From: an uncultured Alphaproteobacteria bacterium
Lineage (GTDB): Bacteria; Pseudomonadota; Alphaproteobacteria; Rhizobiales; Xanthobacteraceae
Assembly (NCBI GenBank): GCA_963823135.1
Contig: CAWGKB010000003.1
Location: 414,289-478,288, forward strand
Reading direction: 5' to 3'
Length of the DNA stretch: 64,000 nucleotides
A program made the position numbers and the translations under genes. The first letter of the stretch is position 1, and each line of letters starts with the position of its first letter. Shown here piece after piece: positions 36,816 through 45,969 of the stretch. Below the pieces are notes generated by a model. The model was not told where the DNA came from and did no database searches. It saw only the letters and a list, made by a program, of their open reading frames with translations.

Positions 36816-37436
36816 TTAAGTCCGCTGCGCGAGCCCGGCGAGTGCCCAGACGGTCAAGAGGTCGGCCAGCCGTCCGATACTGGCTTCGTCGATCGGCAGC
36901 GACACCGGCGGGTTGGCAAGCTGCTCGCGGTTGCGCACGAAGATGCTGCATTGCCCGACCAGCCAAACCGCCGCGATGGTGAGCGTGCGGCCGTCCGCTT
37001 CGGGCATGAAGCGGCGCACCAGGTCGACGGCAAGCCCCATGAACGGCGCTGCCTCCTCGCTAATCAGCTTGCGAAATACCGTGGTCGGCCGCACCGCTTC
37101 CCAATTGAAGATGCGCAGATGCCGGCTGAGCTCGTCGCGGGCCGCCAGCGGCCGCAACTGATGGCGGACGAACTCGCCGAGCGCCTGCTCGCGCGACATC
37201 GCCTTGGTCTCCTCGGCGTGCGCGAGCTGGTGCTCGGTCAGGGCGCGAAACGATGCCCGCAACACTTCCCGATAGAGCCCGTCCTTGCCGGCAAAATGGT
37301 AGTTGATGGCGGCCTGGTTGACCCGCGCCTTGGCGACGATGGCGCGCACACTGGTGGCGTCATAGCCGCGCTCGGCGAACAGCCGCTCCGCAGCTTTTAG
37401 GATGCGGTCGCGGGTGATTTCGGACGGTCGGGTCAT
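36816..37436 (-). CDS. TetR/AcrR family transcriptional regulator
   Basis: HTH region (RDRILKAAERLFAERGYDATSVRAIVAKARVNQAAINYHF). Confidence 0.85.
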   Translation of the reverse strand: MTRPSEITRDRILKAAERLFAERGYDATSVRAIVAKARVNQAAINYHFAGKDGLYREVLRASFRALTEHQLAHAEETKAMSREQALGEFVRHQLRPLAARDELSRHLRIFNWEAVRPTTVFRKLISEEAAPFMGLAVDLVRRFMPEADGRTLTIAAVWLVGQCSIFVRNREQLANPPVSLPIDEASIGRLADLLTVWALAGLAQRT

Positions 37437-37449
37437 TATCGGCCTTTTT

Positions 37450-37483
37450 CAAACCCTCGTTTGAATTCCAAATACGCGTTTGG
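37450..37483. promoter_or_regulatory. Candidate TetR operator: CAAACcctcGTTTG and CCAAATACGCGTTTGG palindromes
   Basis: Two adjacent CAAA(C)/GTTTG inverted repeats in the divergent tetR / DHFR-like intergenic region. Confidence 0.3.
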
Positions 37484-37626
37484 TGGCAAGAATGCAAATT
37501 TTGCGGGTGCCGGGTTCCGGCGGCGCCCTTGGCCCCTTCGCTGGCGCCCGGCCGGTGCGGGCGAGCCGGGCGGGCCGTACCGCGGCGGCCAATGACTAAG
37601 GCTGCGGGCGTCGCTATCGTCGCTCC

Positions 37627-38193
37627 ATGATCGGATCGCGCCGCGTCGAAGGTTACGCCATCGTGTCCGCCGACGGCATGATCGCCGACCACGACGGCCA
37701 AATGCCGGAGACGATTCGCAACGACGCCGATCAAAGATTTTTGCAGAGTGCGATGGACCGGGCCGCTGTGATCGTGCACGGGCGTCACTCGCACGAAGGC
37801 GGTCCGCGCGCCGCAACGCGCAAGCGCATTATCGTGACGCGGCAGATTGCAGCCGTCGCGCCCGACCGGGCCAACCCGAACGCGGTGCTGTGGAATCCCG
37901 CGGGCGCCGCGCTCGAACAGGCGATGGCGGCGCTCGACGTCGGTGACGGCATCATCGCCGTGATCGGCGGCACCGAGATTTTCGGCTGGTTTCTGCCGCT
38001 GTACGACGCCTTCCACCTGACCCGCGCCGCGCATGCACATATGCCAGGTGGACGGCCGCTGTTTCCGCAAGTCGGCCCGGAGACGACGCCGCAGGATGTA
38101 CTCGCGCGCTCCGGCCTGCGCGCCGGACCGCCGCGCGACATCGATGCCGCCGCCGGCATCACGCTCACGACCTTTGAGCGCCTGAGCCAATGA
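37627..38193 (+). CDS. Dihydrofolate reductase-like (RibD C-terminal domain) family protein
   Basis: Size and the pattern VEGYAIVSADGMIA......P......D...F........AVIVHGRHS suggest a DHFR-like fold. Weak call. Confidence 0.45.
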   Translation: MIGSRRVEGYAIVSADGMIADHDGQMPETIRNDADQRFLQSAMDRAAVIVHGRHSHEGGPRAATRKRIIVTRQIAAVAPDRANPNAVLWNPAGAALEQAMAALDVGDGIIAVIGGTEIFGWFLPLYDAFHLTRAAHAHMPGGRPLFPQVGPETTPQDVLARSGLRAGPPRDIDAAAGITLTTFERLSQ

Positions 38194-38262
38194 CCGCTTT
38201 CACGCCAACAAAAAAATCTGCCAAATCGATGCCATGATCCTGACCGACACGACGCCCCCGCA

Positions 38263-38640
38263 ATGACACTGCGCGCGCCTCGATCCAACGCCAACGCCGT
38301 CAACACCGTGCGCGAGAGCGCGCTCGGTTATGAAATCGCGCAGGAGCAGGCCGCCGCCCTTGGCCGGCTTGGCCGCGCGCTGGAAGCTGCGCTGGCGGCG
38401 TTGTCGCGCCACGATCGCGCCGACACCGGGCATAATGGCGATGCAGCGAACCTCCCCTCGCCCGCCGCTCCGTTGCGACAGCGATTGGTCGAGGAGGCAA
38501 GCGACGCGTTGTGGTGCTTTATCGTCCAGCGCGAAGCTTGCGGGCTTCGCGACCAACGATTGGTACTTCGCGAGTACGGCGTGCCCGCAGAAGTGCGAAA
38601 TCGGATGGGCGTGTTCGGCACCAGCCGGCGCTCGGCATGA
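38263..38640 (+). CDS. Hypothetical protein
   Basis: ORF only. Confidence 0.35.
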   Translation: MTLRAPRSNANAVNTVRESALGYEIAQEQAAALGRLGRALEAALAALSRHDRADTGHNGDAANLPSPAAPLRQRLVEEASDALWCFIVQREACGLRDQRLVLREYGVPAEVRNRMGVFGTSRRSA

Positions 38641-38722
38641 ATGAATTTATGCTTTCTTAATTGCCTGCCATCTGCCGCAAGCCTTTCTTCACGGTTCTGG
38701 CGCCATTGTCGTCGGTGTTTCA

Positions 38723-39868
38723 ATGGGGCGCCGGCACCGTGCAATGATGCGTAGTCTTCCGCTGATCGACGAGCTCGAGGCCGCACTCACGTCCGGCACC
38801 AACTCGCGCCGCGTCGAAATGCTGACCCGCATCACCGACCTGTTTGTCGGCGGCGCCGCACGTTATTCGGAAGAGCAGATCGGCATATTCGATGACGTCA
38901 TGGTGCGTCTGGTCAGCACCATCGAAACCAAGGCGCGCGCTAGGCTCGCGCACCGGTTGGCGCCGATCGTCAACGCCCCGTCGAGCGTGATCCACATGCT
39001 CGCGTTCGACGACGACATCAATGTCGCGCAGCAGGTTCTCAAACAGTCGGAACGGCTGGAAGACCCGGCCCTGGTCGCCAACGCCACCACCAAGAGCCAG
39101 CAGCACCTGTTCGCCATTTCACAGCGCCAATCCTTGAGCGAAGCGGTGACCGACGTTCTGGTGGAGCGCGGCGACCGCGAAGTCGTTCATTCGGTGGTCA
39201 AGAATGCCGGCGCTCGATTTTCCGACGCCGGCTTCCGCATCCTGGTCAAGCGTTCGGCCGGCGACGACGATCTTGCCACCATTGTCGGCGCCCGTAGCGA
39301 TATCCCGCGTCCGCACTTTCTGGTGTTGCTGGAAAAAGCGTCGAACGCGGTGCGCACGCGGCTCGCCGCCGAGCATCCACAAGCCAGCGCCGCTATCGAA
39401 GGCGTGGTCGCCGAGGTGGTCGGCGGCATTCGCAAGGACGCCCGCAATTCTTCGCCGGATTTCGCCGCCGCTCAGGCTGCCGTCGAGCGGCAGAACCGGC
39501 TGCGCCGCATCGGCGAAGCCGAAATCTATCAATATGCGCGTGATCGCAAATTCGAGGAGACCGCGATCGCGCTATCGCTGCTGTGCGATACGCCGATCGA
39601 CGTGGTCGAGCGGGCATTGCTCGATCCCGGTGCGGAGATCGTGCTCATTCTCGCCAAGGTCGCCGGGCTGTCGGCGACCACGACCAAAGCCATTCTATTG
39701 CTGCGTGCGGCCGACCGCGGCATGTCGGCCAAAGATCTCGATCAGGCGCTGACCAGCTTCAACCGGCTGCAGCCTGATACCGCCGCCCGCGTCCTCGGCT
39801 TCTTCCGCACGCGCGTGAAGAAGCCGGCGGGGCCGACCGTCCCGCCGGCGGTCGCTGTCAACGGCTAA
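38723..39868 (+). CDS. DUF2336 domain protein
   Basis: RRVEMLTRITDLFVGGAARYSEEQIGIFDDVMVRLV..IE..AR..LA.RLAP...AP and VTDVLVERGDREVV are typical of DUF2336 proteins of Bradyrhizobiaceae. The start could be at 38744. Confidence 0.6.
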   Translation: MGRRHRAMMRSLPLIDELEAALTSGTNSRRVEMLTRITDLFVGGAARYSEEQIGIFDDVMVRLVSTIETKARARLAHRLAPIVNAPSSVIHMLAFDDDINVAQQVLKQSERLEDPALVANATTKSQQHLFAISQRQSLSEAVTDVLVERGDREVVHSVVKNAGARFSDAGFRILVKRSAGDDDLATIVGARSDIPRPHFLVLLEKASNAVRTRLAAEHPQASAAIEGVVAEVVGGIRKDARNSSPDFAAAQAAVERQNRLRRIGEAEIYQYARDRKFEETAIALSLLCDTPIDVVERALLDPGAEIVLILAKVAGLSATTTKAILLLRAADRGMSAKDLDQALTSFNRLQPDTAARVLGFFRTRVKKPAGPTVPPAVAVNG

Positions 39869-39890
39869 AGTCGGCGCCGCGACCGACGCG

Positions 39891-40199
39891 TCAGTAAGCG
39901 CAATAGCCGGGCTGCACCTGCAGCCATGCGCCGTTCGGATACTGGTAGTAGCAACCGCCCCGCCACCAATAATAGCCGCTCGCCCGGCGCTGAGCCTCCG
40001 ACGCGATCACGGCGCCGGTCGTAGCGCCGATCAAAGCGCCGGCAACCGCACCGCCGCCGCGGCCGAGCGCGCCGCCGATGATACCGCCAAGCGCGCCGCC
40101 AACGATCGCACCGCCAACCGGGTCTTGTGCTGATGCCTGCTGCGCTGGCAGCAACGCCGCCAGTCCCAAAAACAGTCCAGCCCCCAATATCCGCATCAT
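39891..40199 (-). CDS. Small secreted glycine-zipper protein with C-terminal Cys pair
   Basis: Signal peptide (MMRILGAGLFLGLAALLPAQQASA), a GGAIVGGALGGIIGGALGRGGGAVAGALIGATTGAV zipper, and C-terminal YYWWRGGCYYQYPNGAWLQVQPGYCAY. Confidence 0.55.
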   Translation of the reverse strand: MMRILGAGLFLGLAALLPAQQASAQDPVGGAIVGGALGGIIGGALGRGGGAVAGALIGATTGAVIASEAQRRASGYYWWRGGCYYQYPNGAWLQVQPGYCAY

Positions 40200-40610
40200 G
40201 TCCCTTCTCCCTCCATCGCCGTTCGCATGTCCTGGCGATCTGGCTGCCATCCACCGCAGCGCTGCCAAGAGTTGCTCCTCGGGTTCGCTTTGGAGATTCA
40301 CTCTTGGGAGCTCACACTAAATGCAATGCTTAACCAAAATAATAAGACATTCGCGGGCGAAAATATGACCCGATCTCGCGCGCCCTCGCGCCGGTTTGAA
40401 TTTCTGTTGAGTGCGACCCAACGTCTCGTCACTTTGCCGCGGCTGAGGGCTTTTTCTCCAGAAATTGCTTGACTCTAGGGGGCTTGCATTTATGTGGGGA
40501 CCTCGCCGCTATTGATCGGTCGAAGGCAGGCTCGATCGGGCGGCTTTCGCTTTCCGCGGCGCCGACCTGCCGGCATCTCGGGTTCTTAATCTCTGGTTGG
40601 GGAGGACGGC

Positions 40611-41096
40611 ATGAGCCGGAACGCCCTCTTACGATCGGCGAAGGGCTTGGGGATCCCAGGTACCGCTCGAAACGAAGAAAAGAAAGCCAAGCTCAAAGTC
40701 GCCGCTCCAGTGCCGCTGGATGATCGGCTCGATCATTTTGCGCTGCGCCAGGGAGTGCGCTGCGCCGGTGTTCATCTGATCGTGGATCTGCACGGCGCCA
40801 AGCGGCTCGACGACATCGATCATATCGAGGCGACGCTGCGCCGCTGCGTCGAGGCGGCGCAGGCGACGCTTCTGCACATCCATTTGCATCACTTCCAGCC
40901 GAACGGCGTATCGGGCGTCGCGGTGCTGGCCGAAAGCCACATCTCCATCCATACTTGGCCGGATGCCGGTTATGCCGCGCTCGACCTGTTCATGTGCGGC
41001 TCCGCCAATCCGGACGCCTGCATTCCGGTGCTGGGCGAAGCGTTTTCGGCAACCCGCGTCGGCGTCAACGAAATCTTGCGCGGACGCGCCGCCTGA
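40611..41096 (+). CDS. speH: Pyruvoyl-dependent S-adenosylmethionine decarboxylase proenzyme homolog (small bacterial type)
   Basis: Self-cleavage motif (LAESHISIHTWPDAGYAALDLFMCG). GGAGG Shine-Dalgarno 7 nt upstream of the ATG. Confidence 0.8.
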   Translation: MSRNALLRSAKGLGIPGTARNEEKKAKLKVAAPVPLDDRLDHFALRQGVRCAGVHLIVDLHGAKRLDDIDHIEATLRRCVEAAQATLLHIHLHHFQPNGVSGVAVLAESHISIHTWPDAGYAALDLFMCGSANPDACIPVLGEAFSATRVGVNEILRGRAA

Positions 41097-41178
41097 GCGT
41101 TTTAAGGATGCTCGGATTGGGCGGCCGGGTATCCCGGCCGTTTTGTTTTTTTGCGGCAACGAAATTTGGGGAGCTGTC

Positions 41179-42111
41179 ATGTCCGACAACAGTGCGGCCA
41201 CTCAGGGGCTCGCCGCTGGCAGCCCTGACGGCAACAGATGGATTGCCGAAACACTGTTCGACGACCTGGGCGTTCGCATGAGCTATCGGGTCGACAAGGT
41301 GCTGTACGAGGCACACACCGCGCATCAGCATCTCGTGCTGTTCGAACAACCATTCTTCGGCAAGATGCTGATGCTCGACGGCGCCACCCAGATCACCGCA
41401 GGCGACGAATTCATCTATCAGGAGATGATGGCGCACGTGCCGCTGCTTGCCCACGGCAGCGCCCGCGACGTGCTGATCATTGGCGGCGGCGACTGCGCCA
41501 TCGCCGAAGAGGTCCTCAAGCACAAAACCGTCAAACGCCTCACCCAGGTCGAGATCGATCCGGCGGTGGTCGAATTCGCCAAGAAGCATTTTCCGGAATT
41601 CGCCAAACCGGTATTTGCCGACCAACGCTTCGCGAGCGTGATGGATGACGGCATGAAATATGTCGCCAAATGCGCCAGGGCCGGGCGGCGTTTCGACGTG
41701 ATCATCGTCAACTCGACCGACCCGCAAGGACCGGGAAAGGTGCTGTTCAGCAGGAAATTCTACGCCGCCTGCAAAGGCTGCCTGAGCGACGGCGGCGTTC
41801 TCGTGACGCAGAACGGGGTGCCGATGTTGCAGCCGCGCGAACTCCTCGCCAGTGTCACCACGTTCCGGCGGCTGTTCGCCGACGGCACCTGCTACCTCGC
41901 CGCGATCCCGACTTATATCGGCGGCCACATGGCGATGGGCTTCGCGACCGACGACAAGCGACTACGGCAAACGTCAGCCAAGATGCTGGCTGCGCGCCAT
42001 CGCCGGGCCGGCGGCTTCTCAACCAAATACTGGACGCCCGAAGTTCACGTCGCCGCGTTCGCACTGCCGCGTTTTATTGCCGACCTGGTCGCCAAAGCCG
42101 CGCGTCGATAA
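41179..42111 (+). CDS. speE: Spermidine synthase / polyamine aminopropyltransferase
   Basis: LDG..Q....DEFIYQEMMAHVPL, VLIIGGGDCAIAEEVLKH..V......EID motifs. The ATG at 41179 was chosen from ORF 40963..42111. Confidence 0.85.
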   Translation: MSDNSAATQGLAAGSPDGNRWIAETLFDDLGVRMSYRVDKVLYEAHTAHQHLVLFEQPFFGKMLMLDGATQITAGDEFIYQEMMAHVPLLAHGSARDVLIIGGGDCAIAEEVLKHKTVKRLTQVEIDPAVVEFAKKHFPEFAKPVFADQRFASVMDDGMKYVAKCARAGRRFDVIIVNSTDPQGPGKVLFSRKFYAACKGCLSDGGVLVTQNGVPMLQPRELLASVTTFRRLFADGTCYLAAIPTYIGGHMAMGFATDDKRLRQTSAKMLAARHRRAGGFSTKYWTPEVHVAAFALPRFIADLVAKAARR

Positions 42112-42258
42112 TTCCGGTTTGTCCCATCGACGTTCGCATAGTGGACGAGACTACTGCCCATCACGAGAACGTTTTTAGGTGGGCAGAACTGCGCATTTCA
42201 CCTGTCGCGAAGATGCTCTATAAGCCTTGCCGATTAGCGTGCTTTTGGGAGGAAAGTC

Positions 42259-42933
42259 ATGAAGCTCTACATGCATCCGGTGTCAATGACGAGCCGGCCG
42301 ATACGGCTGTTCATCGCGGAAAACAAGATTCCGGTCGACGAAGTGACGGTCGATCTGTTCACGGGCGAGCACTATGGGCCGGCCTATACGGCGGTCAATC
42401 CGAACAACCTCGTGCCGATGATCGAAGACGGCGACCTGAAGCTGACCGAAAGCTCCGCGATCCTGAAATATCTCGCCGACAAGATCGGCTCGCCGGCTTA
42501 TCCGAAGGATCTGAAGCAGCGCGCCAAGGTCAACGAGATGATGGATTGGCTCAACACCAATTTCTATCGCGACTGGGCCTACAACCTCGCCTATCCGCAG
42601 CTGTTCCCCAATCAGAAGCGGCGCAGCGACGAGGCGCAGGCGGCCACCATCGAGATCGGCCAGCAGAACGCCAAGCGCTGGCTGAAAATCCTCAACGACT
42701 ACTGGATCGGCCCGAACAACCAGTATCTATGCGGCAACCAGATCACCATCGCCGACTATTTCGGCGCCGCTTTGGTCACCCTCGGTGAAGTCATTCGCTG
42801 CGACCTCTCGGCCTATCCGAATGTCCAGCGCTGGCTCAACAACATGAAGAAGCTGCCGAGCTGGGGGCCCGTGAACGAAGTGTTCCACGGCCTGGTCGCG
42901 TCGGTCAAAGAGCAGCCGTTCCACGCAATCTGA
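42259..42933 (+). CDS. Glutathione S-transferase family protein
   Basis: Thioredoxin-like N-domain (NPNNLVPMIEDGDLKLTESSAILKYL) plus a helical C-domain. Confidence 0.85.
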   Translation: MKLYMHPVSMTSRPIRLFIAENKIPVDEVTVDLFTGEHYGPAYTAVNPNNLVPMIEDGDLKLTESSAILKYLADKIGSPAYPKDLKQRAKVNEMMDWLNTNFYRDWAYNLAYPQLFPNQKRRSDEAQAATIEIGQQNAKRWLKILNDYWIGPNNQYLCGNQITIADYFGAALVTLGEVIRCDLSAYPNVQRWLNNMKKLPSWGPVNEVFHGLVASVKEQPFHAI

Positions 42934-42943
42934 CGACGACATC

Positions 42944-43082
42944 GTCATCCCGGGGCCGGGCGAAGACCGCGAACCCGGAATCCATATCCACCGCCGTCCG
43001 AATTTCGTTCGAACGTTCGGTAACTCACCTTCCGTGATTATGGATTCCGGGTTCGCGGTCTTCGCCCGCGCCCCGGAATGAC
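42944..43082. repeat. Large imperfect inverted repeat (REP/MITE-like), ~42-bp arms
   Basis: GTCATCCCGGGGCCGGGCGAAGACCGCGAACCCGGAATCCAT (42944-42985) pairs with ATGGATTCCGGGTTCGCGGTCTTCGCCCGCGCCCCGGAATGAC (43040-43082). It fills the GST / metE-like intergenic space. Confidence 0.7.
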
Positions 43083-43103
43083 GCGGAATATCGGAGACGC
43101 CGC

Positions 43104-44318
43104 ATGCGCATCAGCCGGGACCATATTCTCACCAGCCAAGCCGGCAGCCTGCCGCGACCGGACGATCTGATCGAAGCCAACAGCGCCCGCGAAACCGCGC
43201 AAGCGAGCGACGAAGCCGCGTTTGAAAAGACGCTGGCATCGGCCGTGGTGGACGTTGTCCGCAAGCAGAAGGACATCGGCATCGACGTCCCGGGCGATGG
43301 CGAGTTCGGTAAATCGATGGGCCACAAGGTCAATTACCGGGCGTGGTGGAGTTATTGCTTCAACCGCCTCGGCGGCCTGGATCTCAGCGGACCCGGCCTC
43401 TACGACGCGGCGCCGAAGCGGACCAAACCCGGCGAAGTCGTGCTGACGAGTTTTGCCGACCGTCGCGACCGCACCAAGTTCCTGCAGGTTTACAAAGACC
43501 CCGACGGCGGCGTTTATACCGGACCGGGAATGGCCAAATGGCCGGTATGTACCGGCCCGATCGTCTACAAAGGCCACGACGCGATCAAAGCCGACATCGC
43601 CCATTTCAAGGCCGCGCTCAGAGCCAATGGCGTCGAAGAGGGCTTTATGACATCGGTCGCGCCGGCGAGCGGGTCGCGCCTGAGCAACGTCTACTACAAG
43701 ACCGACGAGGAGTTCATGTACGCCGTCGGCGAAGCGATGCGCGAGGAGTACAAGGCCATCGTCGATGCCGGACTGATCCTGCAGCTCGACGATCCGGCCA
43801 TCGCCGAGAATTGGGACATGATCAATCCCGAGCCTCCGGTCGAGGATTACAAAAAGTTTTGCATGGTTCGGATCGAGGCGCTTAACCACGCCATCAGAGG
43901 ACTGCCGCAAGACCGCATCCGCTTTCACTTGTGCTGGGGCAGCTGGCACGGCCCGCACACCACCGACATTCCGATGCGCGACATCGTTGACGTGATGCTG
44001 GCAGTCAAATGCCAAGCCTATTCGTTCGAGGCCGGCAATGTCCGCCACGAGCACGAATGGACGGTGTGGGAAGACGTCAAGCTCCCGGAGGGCAAAATCC
44101 TCCTGCCGGGCGTGGTGAGCCACGCCACCAACGTGGTGGAGCATCCCGACCTCGTCGCCCAGCGCATTCTGCGTTTCACCAAGAGCGTCGGCCGCGAGCG
44201 CGTCATCGCCGCGACCGATTGCGGGCTCGGCGGCCGCGTCCATCCGATGGTCGCGTGGGCCAAGCTCGAGGCGCTCGCGCAAGGCGCGGCACTCGCGAGT
44301 AAACAGCTTTGGCGCTGA
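43104..44318 (+). CDS. Cobalamin-independent methionine synthase II (MetE C-terminal domain-like) family protein
   Basis: ILTSQAGSLPRP, GDGEFGK and C-terminal HLCWGSWHGPH / ATDCGLGG zinc-site-like motifs. Confidence 0.7.
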   Translation: MRISRDHILTSQAGSLPRPDDLIEANSARETAQASDEAAFEKTLASAVVDVVRKQKDIGIDVPGDGEFGKSMGHKVNYRAWWSYCFNRLGGLDLSGPGLYDAAPKRTKPGEVVLTSFADRRDRTKFLQVYKDPDGGVYTGPGMAKWPVCTGPIVYKGHDAIKADIAHFKAALRANGVEEGFMTSVAPASGSRLSNVYYKTDEEFMYAVGEAMREEYKAIVDAGLILQLDDPAIAENWDMINPEPPVEDYKKFCMVRIEALNHAIRGLPQDRIRFHLCWGSWHGPHTTDIPMRDIVDVMLAVKCQAYSFEAGNVRHEHEWTVWEDVKLPEGKILLPGVVSHATNVVEHPDLVAQRILRFTKSVGRERVIAATDCGLGGRVHPMVAWAKLEALAQGAALASKQLWR

Positions 44319-44402
44319 GCGGCGTCATGGCCGGCGAATGCCGGCCATTTGCGGGTTCCGCGCTTGCAAGTTCCGCGATTTCCGGAACTGCGCCACGATC
44401 GG

Positions 44403-44618
44403 CTATGCGGCGTGGCGTTGCGTTTTCACCCACGCCTCAATTTCGCGTTCGGCCTCGCCCTTGCCGAAGCCGTAACGCGCTTGCAGTCGTTTGGCCAATT
44501 CTTCGCGGCGGCCGCCGATGCGGGTGAGGTCCTCGTCGGTGATCTTGACCCAGTTACCGCGAATGTTGGCTTTGAATAACACCCAGTTGCCCTGAATTTG
44601 ATCCCAATTCATCGGCAT
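44403..44618 (-). CDS. CsbD family stress protein
   Basis: NWDQIQGNW..FK..I...W.K.TD.DL..I.G.R..L...LQ..YG are typical CsbD repeats. Confidence 0.8.
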   Translation of the reverse strand: MPMNWDQIQGNWVLFKANIRGNWVKITDEDLTRIGGRREELAKRLQARYGFGKGEAEREIEAWVKTQRHAA

Positions 44619-44838
44619 CTCCCTGTTGCTGAGGATGGAACGAGCGACGTTGCATCTCCCCCTGGAGAACGCGAGATCACAACGCGGCGATGCGGCTGCA
44701 ATTCGACAACATCGCGGTCATTCGGCGAAGAATTCTGACTGCCTCGCGCGACAGCTAGCAAAATGTAAACGCGATCGCATACACACAGCGCCTGACCACG
44801 CCGCTTGACGTAAAAGCTTGACTCGCTGAAGAGAAATT

Positions 44839-45831
44839 ATGGCTTCGTCTCCCCCCGGTGTAGATATTGGCCGGATGGCGCGCGATATCCGTGCCGGCGA
44901 CCGCACCATGCTGTCGCGAGCGATCACGTTGATCGAGAGTAAACGCGCCGATCATCGCCGCAGCGCGGCGGCGCTGACGCAGAAGCTGCTCGATGCGACC
45001 GGCAAAGCGGTGCGCCTCGGCATCACCGGCGCGCCCGGCGTCGGCAAATCGACCACCATCGACGCGCTTGGCAGCATGTTGACCCAGCAAGGGCGAAAAG
45101 TGGCGGTGCTGGCGGTCGATCCGTCGTCGCGGCGCACCGGCGGCTCGATCTTGGCCGACAAGACCCGCATGGCGCACCTCGCCAACGACATGAACGCTTT
45201 CGTCCGCCCCTCGCCCGCTTCCGGCACGCTCGGCGGTGTGGCAGCGAAGACCCGCGAGACCATGCTGTTGTGCGAGGCTGCCGGCTACGACGTGGTGCTG
45301 GTGGAGACCGTTGGCGTCGGCCAATCGGAAATCGCCGTCGCCGACATGACCGACTTCTTCCTGGTGCTGATGCTGCCGGGCGCCGGCGATGAGCTGCAAG
45401 GACTGAAGAAAGGCGTCGTCGAACTCGCCGATATGATCGCGGTCAACAAGGCCGATGGCGACAACGTCGTGCGCGCCAGGGCCGCGGCGGCCGAATATCG
45501 GGCGGCATTGCATATTCTCTCGCCGCGTTCGCCGAACTGGTCGCCGCCGGTTGTGACCTATTCGGCGCTCACCGGCGACGGCATCGTCGCGTTGTGGGCC
45601 GCCGCGCTTGACCATCGCGAGAAGCTCACCGCGTCGGGCGAGCTTGCGGCGCGGCGCGGCGAACAGCAGGTCAAATGGATGTGGTCGATGCTCGAGGAGC
45701 GCCTGTTTGCGCCGTTGCGCTCGGACCGCACGCTCAAAGCGGCGCTGCCGCGGATCGAAGCCGAAGTCGCCGCCGGACGTCTCGCTGCCAACGTGGCGGC
45801 GGAGGAGATTGCCGACATGCTCGGCAAGTAA
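44839..45831 (+). CDS. meaB: Methylmalonyl-CoA mutase-associated GTPase MeaB (ArgK)
   Basis: P-loop (GITGAPGVGKST), VLVETVGVGQSE, VNKADG. Confidence 0.85.
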   Translation: MASSPPGVDIGRMARDIRAGDRTMLSRAITLIESKRADHRRSAAALTQKLLDATGKAVRLGITGAPGVGKSTTIDALGSMLTQQGRKVAVLAVDPSSRRTGGSILADKTRMAHLANDMNAFVRPSPASGTLGGVAAKTRETMLLCEAAGYDVVLVETVGVGQSEIAVADMTDFFLVLMLPGAGDELQGLKKGVVELADMIAVNKADGDNVVRARAAAAEYRAALHILSPRSPNWSPPVVTYSALTGDGIVALWAAALDHREKLTASGELAARRGEQQVKWMWSMLEERLFAPLRSDRTLKAALPRIEAEVAAGRLAANVAAEEIADMLGK

Positions 45832-45969
45832 CGGCGTGTGCGCGGTCTCATCGCGCACGTAGCTGCAAACCGGCGTTAACCCTGCAGTGGAATAGTCGGC
45901 TCTGCCGGACCGCGAAGCTCTTGCGAGCCGCGCCGGCACGCGCACTGTCGCGTTTGTAGGAGTTCTGCG

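Noticed and set aside
43001-43020. tRNA-like TTCGAA string (CGTTCGAACG), and a general scan for tRNA T-loops in intergenic regions.
   Set aside because: It is the palindromic centre of the REP spacer. No acceptor, D or anticodon arm arrangement lies around it, and I found no GGTTCGAATCC-type T-arm in any intergenic region.
44619-44760. EcfG/PhyR general-stress promoter (GGAAC-N16/17-CGTT) expected upstream of csbD. The same was checked upstream of the YeaQ/GlsB gene at about 30950-31009.
   Set aside because: For csbD there is no GTTCC on the plus strand in the upstream region, and the nearby plus-strand GGAAC-N6-CGTT has the wrong spacing and orientation. For glsB a GGAAC is present, but no CGTT occurs at 16-17 nt.
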